DNA from: an uncultured virus (IMG/VR IMGVR_UViG_3300009503_000955)
Taxonomy: Duplodnaviria; Heunggongvirae; Uroviricota; Caudoviricetes
Strand: one strand, 5' to 3'
Length of the DNA: 20,000 nucleotides
IMG/VR virus record: IMGVR_UViG_3300009503_000955
Both the position numbers and the translations under genes were made by a program. The notes beneath the pieces were generated by a model, which made no database searches, had not been told where the DNA came from, and saw nothing but the letters and a program-made list of their open reading frames with translations. Positions 1 to 7,942 of this stretch are shown piece by piece. Positions within the stretch are counted from its first letter, which is position 1, and every line of letters begins with the position of its first letter.

Positions 1-1
1 T

Positions 2-369
2 ACTCAGGCTTTGAAAGATATATATAATAGTTTTAGTATTTCTCTACCTGAAAAAAGATTGTTTGTCACGTAGACGGAAAGGAGGGAAATTTTTATTTTT
101 GTTCCGGTATTATTTTAGTAAAATCTAATATTGGCTTTGAAAATGTATATAAAGAATGTTATAACGAACTTTGTAAGAAATTTGAAATACTTGCTCCAGA
201 TCAAGTATCTTTATCTATTGCTATAGCAAAGTTGAAATTGAAAGTATTTGTATTGCCAGAAAAGTATCATTACGTTGTAGCAGCTCGTAATCATAAAATA
301 GACAATAATCCAGTAATTGTTCATTATCAGGATAATGATATAGAAAAAATTTTACAAAACAACAAATAA
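2..369 (+). pseudogene. 3' part of a GT8-like (GT-A fold) glycosyltransferase, truncated by the window edge, with an apparent 1-nt frameshift in the A6 run at 51-56
   Basis: Manual translation. Frame 2 reads TQALKDIYNSFSISLPEK. Frame 1 from 52 reads KKIVCHVDGKEGNFYFCSGIILV...DQVSLSIAI...LPEKYHY...IVHYQ and stops at TAA 367-369. YFxSG, DQxxL, LPxxY and IVHY are typical of GT8-like C-termini. May be an intact gene with a sequencing indel. Confidence 0.6.
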
Positions 370-408
370 ATAGTAAAAAATTATATTATCTTGTCTAAAG
401 GAGGAAAA

Positions 409-1077
409 ATGAGAACAGATAAGTGGCAAATGTATATAGATATTTTACAAGGACATCCTTCTGTTTGTAAATCTTTTCATACTATAGATAGTATGAAATT
501 TATAACAAAGCTTATTCCACCAAGTGAGTTTCCTAAAATGTTAGATATTGGAGTTGGGGAAGGATTAGAAACTAAGATTTTAAAAGATTTGGGATATAAT
601 GTTATAGGAGTAATAAAAGGAGAAGTAAATCTTAATTTTGCTAGAAAGAACTATCCTGGTATAGAATTTATTGAATGTGATATGCATGATTTACCATTTC
701 CTTCAGAAACATTTAATGCTATTTATACAAATCATGTTTTTGAACATTCTTATGCTCCTTTTATTTTTTTATTAGAAATGTATTGTGTATTAAAACCTAA
801 AGGAAGAATATGGATAGGTTTACCTGAATTTAAAGAAAAAAATGATCCAACAGCTAATCCTGATATAAATTTAGTTAATCATCATCATCCTAATATTCTT
901 TGTAGTAATTTATATAGTTTATATTTTCAGAAATCTGGATTTAAAATTGTAAATCAAGGTTCAGTAAAAGGGAATTCTTATTTTGATAATGCTTTTTTAC
1001 TAGAGAAACAACCATTAGAGTTTGTGCATTCAGACGTGCAAACAGTAATTAAAAAAAGAAAAGAGTTATTTGGATAG
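409..1077 (+). CDS. Class I SAM-dependent methyltransferase (type 11-like)
   Basis: Motif I LDIGVGEG, CDMHDLPFPSETFNAI, HVFEH, VLKPKG. Start moved to ATG 409 behind an AGGAGG RBS. Confidence 0.88.
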   Translation: MRTDKWQMYIDILQGHPSVCKSFHTIDSMKFITKLIPPSEFPKMLDIGVGEGLETKILKDLGYNVIGVIKGEVNLNFARKNYPGIEFIECDMHDLPFPSETFNAIYTNHVFEHSYAPFIFLLEMYCVLKPKGRIWIGLPEFKEKNDPTANPDINLVNHHHPNILCSNLYSLYFQKSGFKIVNQGSVKGNSYFDNAFLLEKQPLEFVHSDVQTVIKKRKELFG

Positions 1078-1086
1078 GAGGAGGAA

Positions 1087-1815
1087 ATGGATATATCTGT
1101 TATTGTAACTAATTGGAATAGACAACATTTTCTTTATGATATTGCTAAACAAATGAATGAACAAAAATTTCCAAAAGATAGATATGAAGTTATTTTTGTA
1201 GATGATGATAGTGTTGAAAAAGATGAAGTTTATTCTATATTTAAGAAAATACGAGAAAGTTATCCAAAGATGAATTTAAAATTTATAGAAACTCACTTTT
1301 GTAAAACACAAAATCCTGCTTTTAGATATAATGTTGGAGTTCGACATGCTTGTGGTAAAATAATTATACTTAATGAATCAGATGTTCTTCAACAAGGAGA
1401 ATATCTTTCTAATGTCTATGAATATCTTTCAAAAGATCCAAATTTATATTTGAGCCCTACAGTTTATCATGTAAAAGAATCCGGTGAAGTAGAATTTGAA
1501 AATTTGAGATTTGAAACAGATTTAGGCTCAGCTTTGATGCGGGTTCATTTTGAAAAAGTACATGGATATGATGAGAATGTTTCCGGTTGGGGAGGAATAG
1601 AAGGAGATTTTATAAATCGTGTAAAAATGCATTGTAATCTTCGTTTATATCCACGAGCAAAAGGCCTTGTTGTTTATCATCATGGATGGACTTTTAAAGC
1701 TAAGCCTTATTTTGCAAAAATGATAGCTGGGCCTGGATCTGGCCCTAGAAATTGGGGCCCACCAAAAAGTAATTCTTGGGGACTTTCAGATAAAGTAGAA
1801 GTTCTTTCAATATAA
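1087..1815 (+). CDS. Family 2 glycosyltransferase (GT-A fold)
   Basis: ISVIVTNWNR, EVIFVDDDS, NVGVRHA, and C-terminal GYDENVSGWGGIEGDF (GFDE..GWGGED-like). GGAGG RBS. Confidence 0.88.
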   Translation: MDISVIVTNWNRQHFLYDIAKQMNEQKFPKDRYEVIFVDDDSVEKDEVYSIFKKIRESYPKMNLKFIETHFCKTQNPAFRYNVGVRHACGKIIILNESDVLQQGEYLSNVYEYLSKDPNLYLSPTVYHVKESGEVEFENLRFETDLGSALMRVHFEKVHGYDENVSGWGGIEGDFINRVKMHCNLRLYPRAKGLVVYHHGWTFKAKPYFAKMIAGPGSGPRNWGPPKSNSWGLSDKVEVLSI

Positions 1816-1832
1816 TAAATATAGGAGGATTT

Positions 1833-2366
1833 ATGCCAGCACCAAATGTTTGGGAAGTAGTAGAAAGTATTTTACCACAAGGAAAGAAAAAGGTTATTGA
1901 TATTGGTTGTGGAGAACAGTTAGCAATAGGACATATATGGAAGTTTAGTGATTACGAAATACATAGATGCGATATAAAAGATTTTAAAAATGTTCCAAAT
2001 TTCAAAGTATGTGATTTAAATCAAAAGTTTCCTTATGCAGATAATGAATTTGATGGTGTTGTAGCTGTAGAAGTATTAGAGCATCTTGAAAATCCTAGAC
2101 ATGTAATTAGAGAATTTAAACGAATATCAAAAGAATTTATTGTAATAACTACTCCAAACTGTTGCTCTCCTGAGAGTAAAGATATTTTTAATAAAACAGG
2201 TTTCTTTAAGTACTTTGATATATATAAACCTTATGGACATATTACACCAATATTTCCTTGGATGATACATCAAATTTGTGAAGAATTAAATTTAAAAATA
2301 AAGATTGAAACATTTAATAATCCAAAAACACAAGAAATATATATAGTTTATATTGAAAGGAGATAA
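1833..2366 (+). CDS. Class I SAM-dependent methyltransferase
   Basis: IDIGCGE, CDLNQKFPYADNEFDGV, EVLEHLENP, ITTPN. AGGAGG RBS. Confidence 0.9.
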   Translation: MPAPNVWEVVESILPQGKKKVIDIGCGEQLAIGHIWKFSDYEIHRCDIKDFKNVPNFKVCDLNQKFPYADNEFDGVVAVEVLEHLENPRHVIREFKRISKEFIVITTPNCCSPESKDIFNKTGFFKYFDIYKPYGHITPIFPWMIHQICEELNLKIKIETFNNPKTQEIYIVYIERR

Positions 2367-2368
2367 TA

Positions 2369-2637
2369 ATGATTAACAAATTTGGAGATGGAATTAGTTG
2401 GGAAGCACATATAGAAGAAATAATACAAAAAAAGAATATCTTTCACAAAAAGGCATATTTTTTATGACAGAAAGTACTGTATCTATTGCTACTGCTATTC
2501 AAATGACTTATCAAAGATGGATAGATTTAGTTGAAAATTATGGATTTAAATTTTTAGAAAGTTGGCATGAAAATGAGTTAGGATTACACGATCATTATCT
2601 TTTTCAAAAGTTTTTATTATTAAAAAATAAGGAATAA
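2369..2637 (+). pseudogene. Frameshifted short ORF, probably a methyltransferase remnant
   Basis: ATG 2369 follows an AAGGAG RBS and that frame stops at 2467. The -1 frame continues from the A7 run at 2427-2433 as KEYLSQKGIFFMTES...ENYGFKFLE...YLFQK, which resembles a class I MTase C-terminus. No SAM-binding motif I is present. Confidence 0.5.
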
Positions 2638-2639
2638 AA

Positions 2640-3224
2640 ATGAAAGATTGGAGTTGGGAAAGAGATGATTTTGATTCCAATGGTAAATTAATTCTTCTTT
2701 ATAGACACCAAAGAATTATTACAGAAGGTTTAGTGAAAAAGGGAGATATTGTTTTAGATGTGGGGGGTTGGGGTAAGTTAGCTTATAGACTTTTTCAAGA
2801 AGGATGTTGTGTAACTTTAGTGAATAATGATAAGAACAAATGTGAAGAAATTAAATTAAAGTATCCAAATACCTTTAAAGTAATTTGTGGAGATGTAAGA
2901 AAGCTATCTTCTTTTATTAATTATACTTTTGATGTAGTAACCTGTTTTGAAACTTTAGAACATATTATTGAAGGTAGAAAACAAGCAATACAAGAAATTT
3001 TTTGTGTATTAAAACCAAATGGAGTTTTTGTAGGAACAGTACCAATACCTGGATACTGTCATCCAATAGACGATCCTACAATATCTTTTTGTTATCCAGA
3101 AGAGTTAGAAGAATTGGTAAGACCTTATGTTTCTGAATTTAAGATTGAAAAGACTGCTTCTGTTAATCCTACTGGTGATTTATGTTGCTGGTATTTTTAT
3201 GGAAGAAAATATAAAGCAAAGTAG
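2640..3224 (+). CDS. Class I SAM-dependent methyltransferase
   Basis: VLDVGGWG, GDVRKL, FDVVTCFETLEHI, VLKPNGVFVGTVP. Confidence 0.9.
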   Translation: MKDWSWERDDFDSNGKLILLYRHQRIITEGLVKKGDIVLDVGGWGKLAYRLFQEGCCVTLVNNDKNKCEEIKLKYPNTFKVICGDVRKLSSFINYTFDVVTCFETLEHIIEGRKQAIQEIFCVLKPNGVFVGTVPIPGYCHPIDDPTISFCYPEELEELVRPYVSEFKIEKTASVNPTGDLCCWYFYGRKYKAK

Positions 3225-3280
3225 ATTGTCAAAGTTTTTTACAAAAGCTAGTTTTGACTGCGTTAAAATAGGAAATAAAA

Positions 3281-5272
3281 ATGGGATGGAGTAAATGGGA
3301 AACTTGTTGGAAAGGAGATGAAAAAAACCCTACTGGTGTTATACCAAAAGAATTATTACCTTGTGATTATTATCAATATAGGTATGCTATACGAACGGAA
3401 ATTGATCTTTCTAGTCTTGAAGGAAATGTATATAAAGAATTTACTGGAATATTGACAAATCATATTGGAAAATCATATAAAGAAACTATATACCCTACAT
3501 TTTTATTCGTTTATGTACCTTATCCATTAATACCTTTTCCTTATTCAACTTTGTTTTATTTTACACTTCAATATTTAGATTATAAAGAAAAAAGAATTTT
3601 TTACAAATGGTTAGAATTAAATAACTTAGAAGAAGCATTAAAAGATAAAGTACAAAAAGAACAAACATTACTATTCAATTTTAAAAAAAGTGAAGTAAAA
3701 ATTGATAAAACTCCAAGTAATCTTTTTGTAGAATCACAAAATAATAAATTTTATATAGAATCTGATTTATTTAGCGCAACTGCAGGAAATCAAAATGTAG
3801 CAAAAGACTTATTAGAAGGAGAAGAAATTGAAATATTAAATGGAGATTATGTTGGTAAAAAATTTGAAATAAGGTCTAATGATGGTAAAGGCAAAGTATA
3901 TTTTGATCCAAAAGACATAGATACTGGTGCTGAAATAGATTTTCAAAAACTTCCAGATGATACACAATTCAAAATAAAACCAAAATATGCTTGGGTAGCT
4001 ATAGGTGAAACAATCGGCGGAAAATTTAGTTGGTATGGTAATGAAAGGTATTCATTTGAAGGTGAAGCTGGATTTGTATTTGAAACGCCTATTATGGGTC
4101 TTTTCTCATCTTTAACGGTTCCTTTTGTTGGTTTCTGGTATTCTAATATTATAAATACTATGTTAGCACCTGGAGACCAAGTTTGGATAGACCAACATAA
4201 TTTAGGTATACCTGGACTAGGTCCAAAATATGCTTATTATGAAATTAGAACTACTGAAGCAGATAGACAGAGAGTATGTGGCATAAGAAAAAGAGATTGT
4301 TATGTTTATTTACTTTCTTATATAGATAACAAAGGTTATCTTAAAGTATTAGAAAAATCAATAGATGTTAATACTCATTCATCTAAGACAAGAATAATAA
4401 ATCTAGGTGGAAAAGAAGGTAAATATAGATTTCCAAATGTGTCACAATTTCCTTGGTTAGATTTATTTTTTGCTGTTCAAAATGAATTTAATACTTTTTT
4501 ATATTTAGATTTTTCAAGATTAAACTTAGAAAAAACACCTGATTCAGCAGGATTAGAACCGTTGATTTTGAAAGATTTTATAGAACCGTTCTTTGTAGAT
4601 ATGGGAGACGAATTGGTTATGTTATGCAGAAAAAAAGATGAGTATATATATGCCTATAAAGTAAGTTTTACTACGACAGAAGCGAAGAGTGTTATACCAG
4701 AAGGATATTGGCAATCTACAGAGAATTTAACATTATACGAATTATCTAATGTGAGTAAAATATTGGAAGAACAATATTTTGAAGGAACACAAAGATTTTC
4801 ACATGATTATAATATGTGGGGTGCTACCTATAGTAATAATAGTAATGAAGTTAGATTATGGTTTAAGTATGGAAATAGAATACAAGAATATAAAGCAAAT
4901 AAAAGTTTTTCTATTATTTCTTACATAAGAACTATAAAAGGAATATTATCATTTTTTTGGGAAAAACAAGTTCCTAAAGGTATAGTAATGGTATATTCTT
5001 TTCCAGAAAATAAAAATCAATTATATTATGCATTTTTACCATATGATTTATCTATTTATGAAACAATTATTGATGTAAATAAAAAAGATAAGATTGTAGT
5101 GAAAAAAAGCGAAAACGAAAAAGTAGAATATGATGTTGAAACTTTGCCTAAAGATATAAAACCTCCTATAGATATCATAAGTATAGAAGCTAGAAATGTA
5201 AGAGAACTTATTATTGCAAATAAAGATGGCTTTTGGAAAAGAGAAGCTGAGTGGGTTTGGAAAGAATTATGA
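3281..5272 (+). CDS. Large hypothetical protein (663 aa), possibly beta-rich virion or surface protein
   Basis: Long uninterrupted ORF, rich in aromatic residues, with no catalytic motif I recognise. The structural role is a guess. Confidence 0.7.
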   Translation: MGWSKWETCWKGDEKNPTGVIPKELLPCDYYQYRYAIRTEIDLSSLEGNVYKEFTGILTNHIGKSYKETIYPTFLFVYVPYPLIPFPYSTLFYFTLQYLDYKEKRIFYKWLELNNLEEALKDKVQKEQTLLFNFKKSEVKIDKTPSNLFVESQNNKFYIESDLFSATAGNQNVAKDLLEGEEIEILNGDYVGKKFEIRSNDGKGKVYFDPKDIDTGAEIDFQKLPDDTQFKIKPKYAWVAIGETIGGKFSWYGNERYSFEGEAGFVFETPIMGLFSSLTVPFVGFWYSNIINTMLAPGDQVWIDQHNLGIPGLGPKYAYYEIRTTEADRQRVCGIRKRDCYVYLLSYIDNKGYLKVLEKSIDVNTHSSKTRIINLGGKEGKYRFPNVSQFPWLDLFFAVQNEFNTFLYLDFSRLNLEKTPDSAGLEPLILKDFIEPFFVDMGDELVMLCRKKDEYIYAYKVSFTTTEAKSVIPEGYWQSTENLTLYELSNVSKILEEQYFEGTQRFSHDYNMWGATYSNNSNEVRLWFKYGNRIQEYKANKSFSIISYIRTIKGILSFFWEKQVPKGIVMVYSFPENKNQLYYAFLPYDLSIYETIIDVNKKDKIVVKKSENEKVEYDVETLPKDIKPPIDIISIEARNVRELIIANKDGFWKREAEWVWKEL

Positions 5273-5311
5273 AACTTTTTGCAACTTTGGAGCATCTAAA
5301 TATATAGAAAG
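5270..5311 (+). promoter_or_regulatory. Putative ECF-sigma-type promoter, copy 1 (TGAAAC-N17-CATCTAA)
   Basis: tgaaac tttttgcaactttggag catctaa resembles SigW/SigM/RpoE-type -35 (TGAAAC/GAACTT) and -10 (CGTC/TCTAA) elements. Three copies in the window share the same spacing. Confidence 0.65.
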
Positions 5312-5327
5312 AAGAAAATGAAAATCT

Positions 5328-5369
5328 TGAAACTTTTTAGGTTCCAGGAGCATCTAAATATATAGAAAG
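5328..5369 (+). promoter_or_regulatory. Putative ECF-sigma-type promoter, copy 2
   Basis: tgaaac tttttaggttccaggag catctaa. The -35 and -10 boxes and the 17-nt spacing match copy 1; only the spacer centre differs. Confidence 0.65.
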
Positions 5370-5382
5370 AAGAAAATGAAAA

Positions 5383-5575
5383 ACGAGGAAGGCTATTTGG
5401 AAGTGATAGGACTTCCAATGGCTAACCTGTAAGCCAGTTCCTATCGCTGGTGATAAAGGGACAGGTGGACTGTTAAGTATTCAACTTAACAGACTGGGTT
5501 CAAATCCCACCGTTTCGGCTATGAAGTCGGCGGAGAGAGTGAAAGGCAAAACCTCACTTGCCAAACCTTCCTCGT
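5383..5575 (+). ncRNA. Candidate structured non-coding RNA (~193 nt) with a tRNA-like T-arm; family not recognised
   Basis: About 48% GC by hand count against an AT-rich background. Ends pair (5383-5392 with 5566-5575, 5396-5400 with 5561-5565, 5401-5406 with 5554-5559). Internal hairpins and GGGTTCAAATCCC are present. It lies directly downstream of two promoter-like repeats. Confidence 0.75.
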
Positions 5576-5615
5576 AGGAAAAAGGGGAAAATGGAAACAA
5601 AAAAAGGAGGGAAAA

Positions 5616-5951
5616 ATGAAGAAAAAAGAAGTAAGAGAAGAGATTGAAAGAGAAATGAGAAAAGGATCTGCAGAAGAGGTCGACAAAGGGATAATTAGCG
5701 AAAAGATGAATAAGACAATTAGTGAAGAGATGACTGAGGAATCCCTTTTTCGTGGGCCTAGTTTTCTTGAAGGAGCAATTTTCATACAAATGGGACTTTC
5801 TCTTTTGCTTATATTTTTAGGTTGGTCATGTGGCGATAAGTTAATGTCTATTGTAGGGTTTACCTTAGGTGGGATATTTATGTTAGGATTCATTTTTACT
5901 TTGTATTTTATGATTTATTTAGAAGTACATGAACGAAGCAAACAAAAATAA
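5616..5951 (+). CDS. Hypothetical membrane protein (charged N-terminus, two hydrophobic segments)
   Basis: AAGGAGG RBS. Hydrophobic stretches AIFIQMGLSLLLIFLGW and IVGFTLGGIFMLGFIFTLYFMIYL. Confidence 0.75.
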   Translation: MKKKEVREEIEREMRKGSAEEVDKGIISEKMNKTISEEMTEESLFRGPSFLEGAIFIQMGLSLLLIFLGWSCGDKLMSIVGFTLGGIFMLGFIFTLYFMIYLEVHERSKQK

Positions 5952-6001
5952 AGAAGGAAAAAATGCTTCTAAAAATTGAAATTTGAAAAAAGGAGGAAAA
6001 A

Positions 6002-6217
6002 ATGAAGAAAAAAGATTTTATGCCTATCTTATTATTAATATCTATTTATATTTTATTCTCAGCAACATTAATTTTTCATTATATTATAAAAAATAATAAC
6101 AGTATTTTAAAATACAATATAGAAAGAGATATAAAAATTTCAATAGATGATTTACAAAGAAATAAATGTGATGAAAATGCTATGGAACTTACATTAAAAA
6201 AACTAAATATAAAATAG
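6002..6217 (+). CDS. Small hypothetical protein with N-terminal transmembrane/signal segment
   Basis: AGGAGG RBS. MKKK followed by about 20 hydrophobic residues. Confidence 0.7.
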   Translation: MKKKDFMPILLLISIYILFSATLIFHYIIKNNNSILKYNIERDIKISIDDLQRNKCDENAMELTLKKLNIK

Positions 6218-6229
6218 AAAGGAGAAAAA

Positions 6230-6553
6230 ATGGATAATAAGATAAGAGATATAAGAAAGATTGATAAAATAGAAAGATTAAAGACGTTTTTGAAAAATGA
6301 AATAAGTTATTTAGAAAAAAATCTTTCAAGTAAAAACGATGCTTTTTTTCTTTGTGAATTGTATATGGCTTTGGAAGATATATCACCTTATATTGGAATA
6401 TATATTCCAGAAACATTAAAGAATAAGTATAGAGATATACTAAGTAAGGTATCAATATATATGGATATTGTAGATCAATTAGAAAAAATAATAACTGGAA
6501 TGGAAGTTTTAAAAGAATCAATAAAAATAAGAAAAAGTGAATGGCCAAAATGA
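6230..6553 (+). CDS. Hypothetical protein
   Basis: AAGGAG RBS, tightly packed with neighbours. Confidence 0.7.
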   Translation: MDNKIRDIRKIDKIERLKTFLKNEISYLEKNLSSKNDAFFLCELYMALEDISPYIGIYIPETLKNKYRDILSKVSIYMDIVDQLEKIITGMEVLKESIKIRKSEWPK

Positions 6554-6560
6554 GGGAAAA

Positions 6561-6860
6561 ATGAAGAAAAAAGAAGTAAGAGACGGAATTGAAAAAGAAA
6601 TGAAAGAGATGAGAAAAGAAAAAATTGTTAAGATTTTTCACAAGTATTGTTCTAGGTCTTCAGATAATAAAGGTGGTTGTTTTTTACCAAGTTCTAAATA
6701 TGATGAAGTGGCGGAAATGATTGTTAGTGAAATAGTAAAAATGCTTAATAGAATAAAGCGGAAGGTAAAACAATTAGTTTTTTTAGATGATTTAGATAGG
6801 AGAGATATCAATTGGGTAATTAACGAAGAAATAAAAAAGTTAAAAAAAGAAAAGGAGTAA
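6561..6860 (+). CDS. Hypothetical protein sharing its N-terminus with the ORF at 5616
   Basis: Start moved to ATG 6561 (GAGGG RBS). Begins MKKKEVRDGIEKEMK versus MKKKEVREEIEREMR. Confidence 0.7.
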   Translation: MKKKEVRDGIEKEMKEMRKEKIVKIFHKYCSRSSDNKGGCFLPSSKYDEVAEMIVSEIVKMLNRIKRKVKQLVFLDDLDRRDINWVINEEIKKLKKEKE

Positions 6861-6862
6861 AA

Positions 6863-6994
6863 ATGACAGAAGAGGAAAAAAAGAAATTATTAGCAGAATT
6901 AATTCAAAAACAATTAAGGAAACAATTTGAGAAGAAGTTAAAGGAAAAAGTAGATAAAGAAGATTTAGTTAATTGGGCAAGAAAAGAGAAATAG
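6863..6994 (+). CDS. Small highly charged helical protein (43 aa), not in the ORF track
   Basis: AAGGAG RBS. Reads MTEEEKKKLLAELIQKQLRKQFEKKLKEKVDKEDLVNWARKEK* and fills the gap between flanking genes. Confidence 0.65.
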   Translation: MTEEEKKKLLAELIQKQLRKQFEKKLKEKVDKEDLVNWARKEK

Positions 6995-7003
6995 GGAGGA
7001 ATA

Positions 7004-7942
7004 ATGCAAAATATATTAGTTACTGGTGTAGATGGCTTTATAGGTTCTCGTTTTTGTAGTATTTTATCTTCTAATAAAAAGTATACAGTAGTAGGAACTA
7101 TTTTTAATAAAAGTATGAAAAAACACGAATTACCTCAAAATATAAAAGTAGAAATATGTGATTTAACAAGTATAGAAACATTTTCTATTTTAGAAAAATA
7201 CAAACCAGTCAAAATATACCATTTTGCTGCTCAAGCTATTGTAAAAGAATCTCAGACAAATCCCTTCTTTACACTACATAATAATATTATGAGTACTTTG
7301 ATGTTATTAGAAGGAACAAAAAGATATTGTAAGGATATAGAACTATTCTACTATCATTCTACAGATAAAGTATTTGGAAATAAAGAACAAGCAAAAGAAG
7401 AAGATAAATATGTAGTAACTGACCCTTATTCAGCATCAAAAATCTCTTCTGAAATAGTATGTCAAGCTTATAGAAACTTATATAATCTACCAATTGTAAT
7501 TGGTAGATCCTGCAATGTATATGGACCAAAAGACTTTAATAGTAGAGTAATTCCAAATACAATAAAAGATATTATACTAAATTCACAAGCTATTATTTAT
7601 GATCAAGATAAATATATGTATAGACAATATATATATGTAGATGACCTTTGCAATATTATACAAAGTATTAAATCTGGTAAGAAAACTTTTTATAATATAT
7701 CACCAGTATCAAAAGAAAGTATCATAAATACAGAAAATTTAGTTTTATTAATAATAGATATAGCAAAAGCACTTTTTGATATAAAAGTAAAAATAATTAG
7801 AAAAAAGAAAGAAAAAATATTAGAAATACATTCGCAATCACTTTGTACTTCTTTTAAAAATTATCCTTATACAGACTTATCACAAGGACTGATTTATACT
7901 TTCTTATGGTATAAAGATTTTCTATATAACAAAAAATTATGA
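7004..7942 (+). CDS. NAD-dependent epimerase/dehydratase (extended SDR; NDP-sugar 4,6-dehydratase-like)
   Basis: ILVTGVDGFIGS, HFAAQAIV, STDKVFG, catalytic YSASK, NVYGP. Confidence 0.9.
   Translation: MQNILVTGVDGFIGSRFCSILSSNKKYTVVGTIFNKSMKKHELPQNIKVEICDLTSIETFSILEKYKPVKIYHFAAQAIVKESQTNPFFTLHNNIMSTLMLLEGTKRYCKDIELFYYHSTDKVFGNKEQAKEEDKYVVTDPYSASKISSEIVCQAYRNLYNLPIVIGRSCNVYGPKDFNSRVIPNTIKDIILNSQAIIYDQDKYMYRQYIYVDDLCNIIQSIKSGKKTFYNISPVSKESIINTENLVLLIIDIAKALFDIKVKIIRKKKEKILEIHSQSLCTSFKNYPYTDLSQGLIYTFLWYKDFLYNKKL

Larger units (their letters stand above)
5270..5382 (+). repeat. Tandem direct repeat with 58-bp period (two ~55-bp copies)
   Basis: 5270-5324 and 5328-5382 share tgaaacttttt...ggagcatctaaatatatagaaagaagaaaatgaaaa. 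Confidence 0.92.

Noticed and set aside
1728..1762. GC-rich hairpin-like patch (gggcc...ggccc) in the GT2 gene
   Set aside because: Explained by Gly/Pro codons (GPGSGPRNWGPP).
5270..5382. CRISPR mini-array or archaeal TATA promoter
   Set aside because: The repeats are nearly adjacent with no real spacer. The bipartite fixed-spacing motif and the bacterial-type genes fit a sigma-type promoter better.
5440..5520. Canonical tRNA gene (T-arm GGGTTCAAATCCC and a CTGTTAA Asn-like anticodon heptamer)
   Set aside because: No acceptor stem or D-arm in the normal order, and CTGTTAAG is paired in a hairpin stem rather than in a loop.
5383..5575. tmRNA, RNase P RNA, 6S RNA, riboswitch or retron ncRNA
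   Set aside because: No GGGG 5' acceptor/CCA end or tag frame, no GAGGAAAGUCC core, multibranched rather than rod-like, no riboswitch consensus in the right order, and no reverse transcriptase in the window.
5056..6641. Minus-strand ORFs (5056-5295, 5481-5789, 5519-5893, 6189-6641), and likewise 8752-8937 and 15256-15486
   Set aside because: Antisense shadows of purine-rich + strand genes; F/L/S-rich with no motifs.
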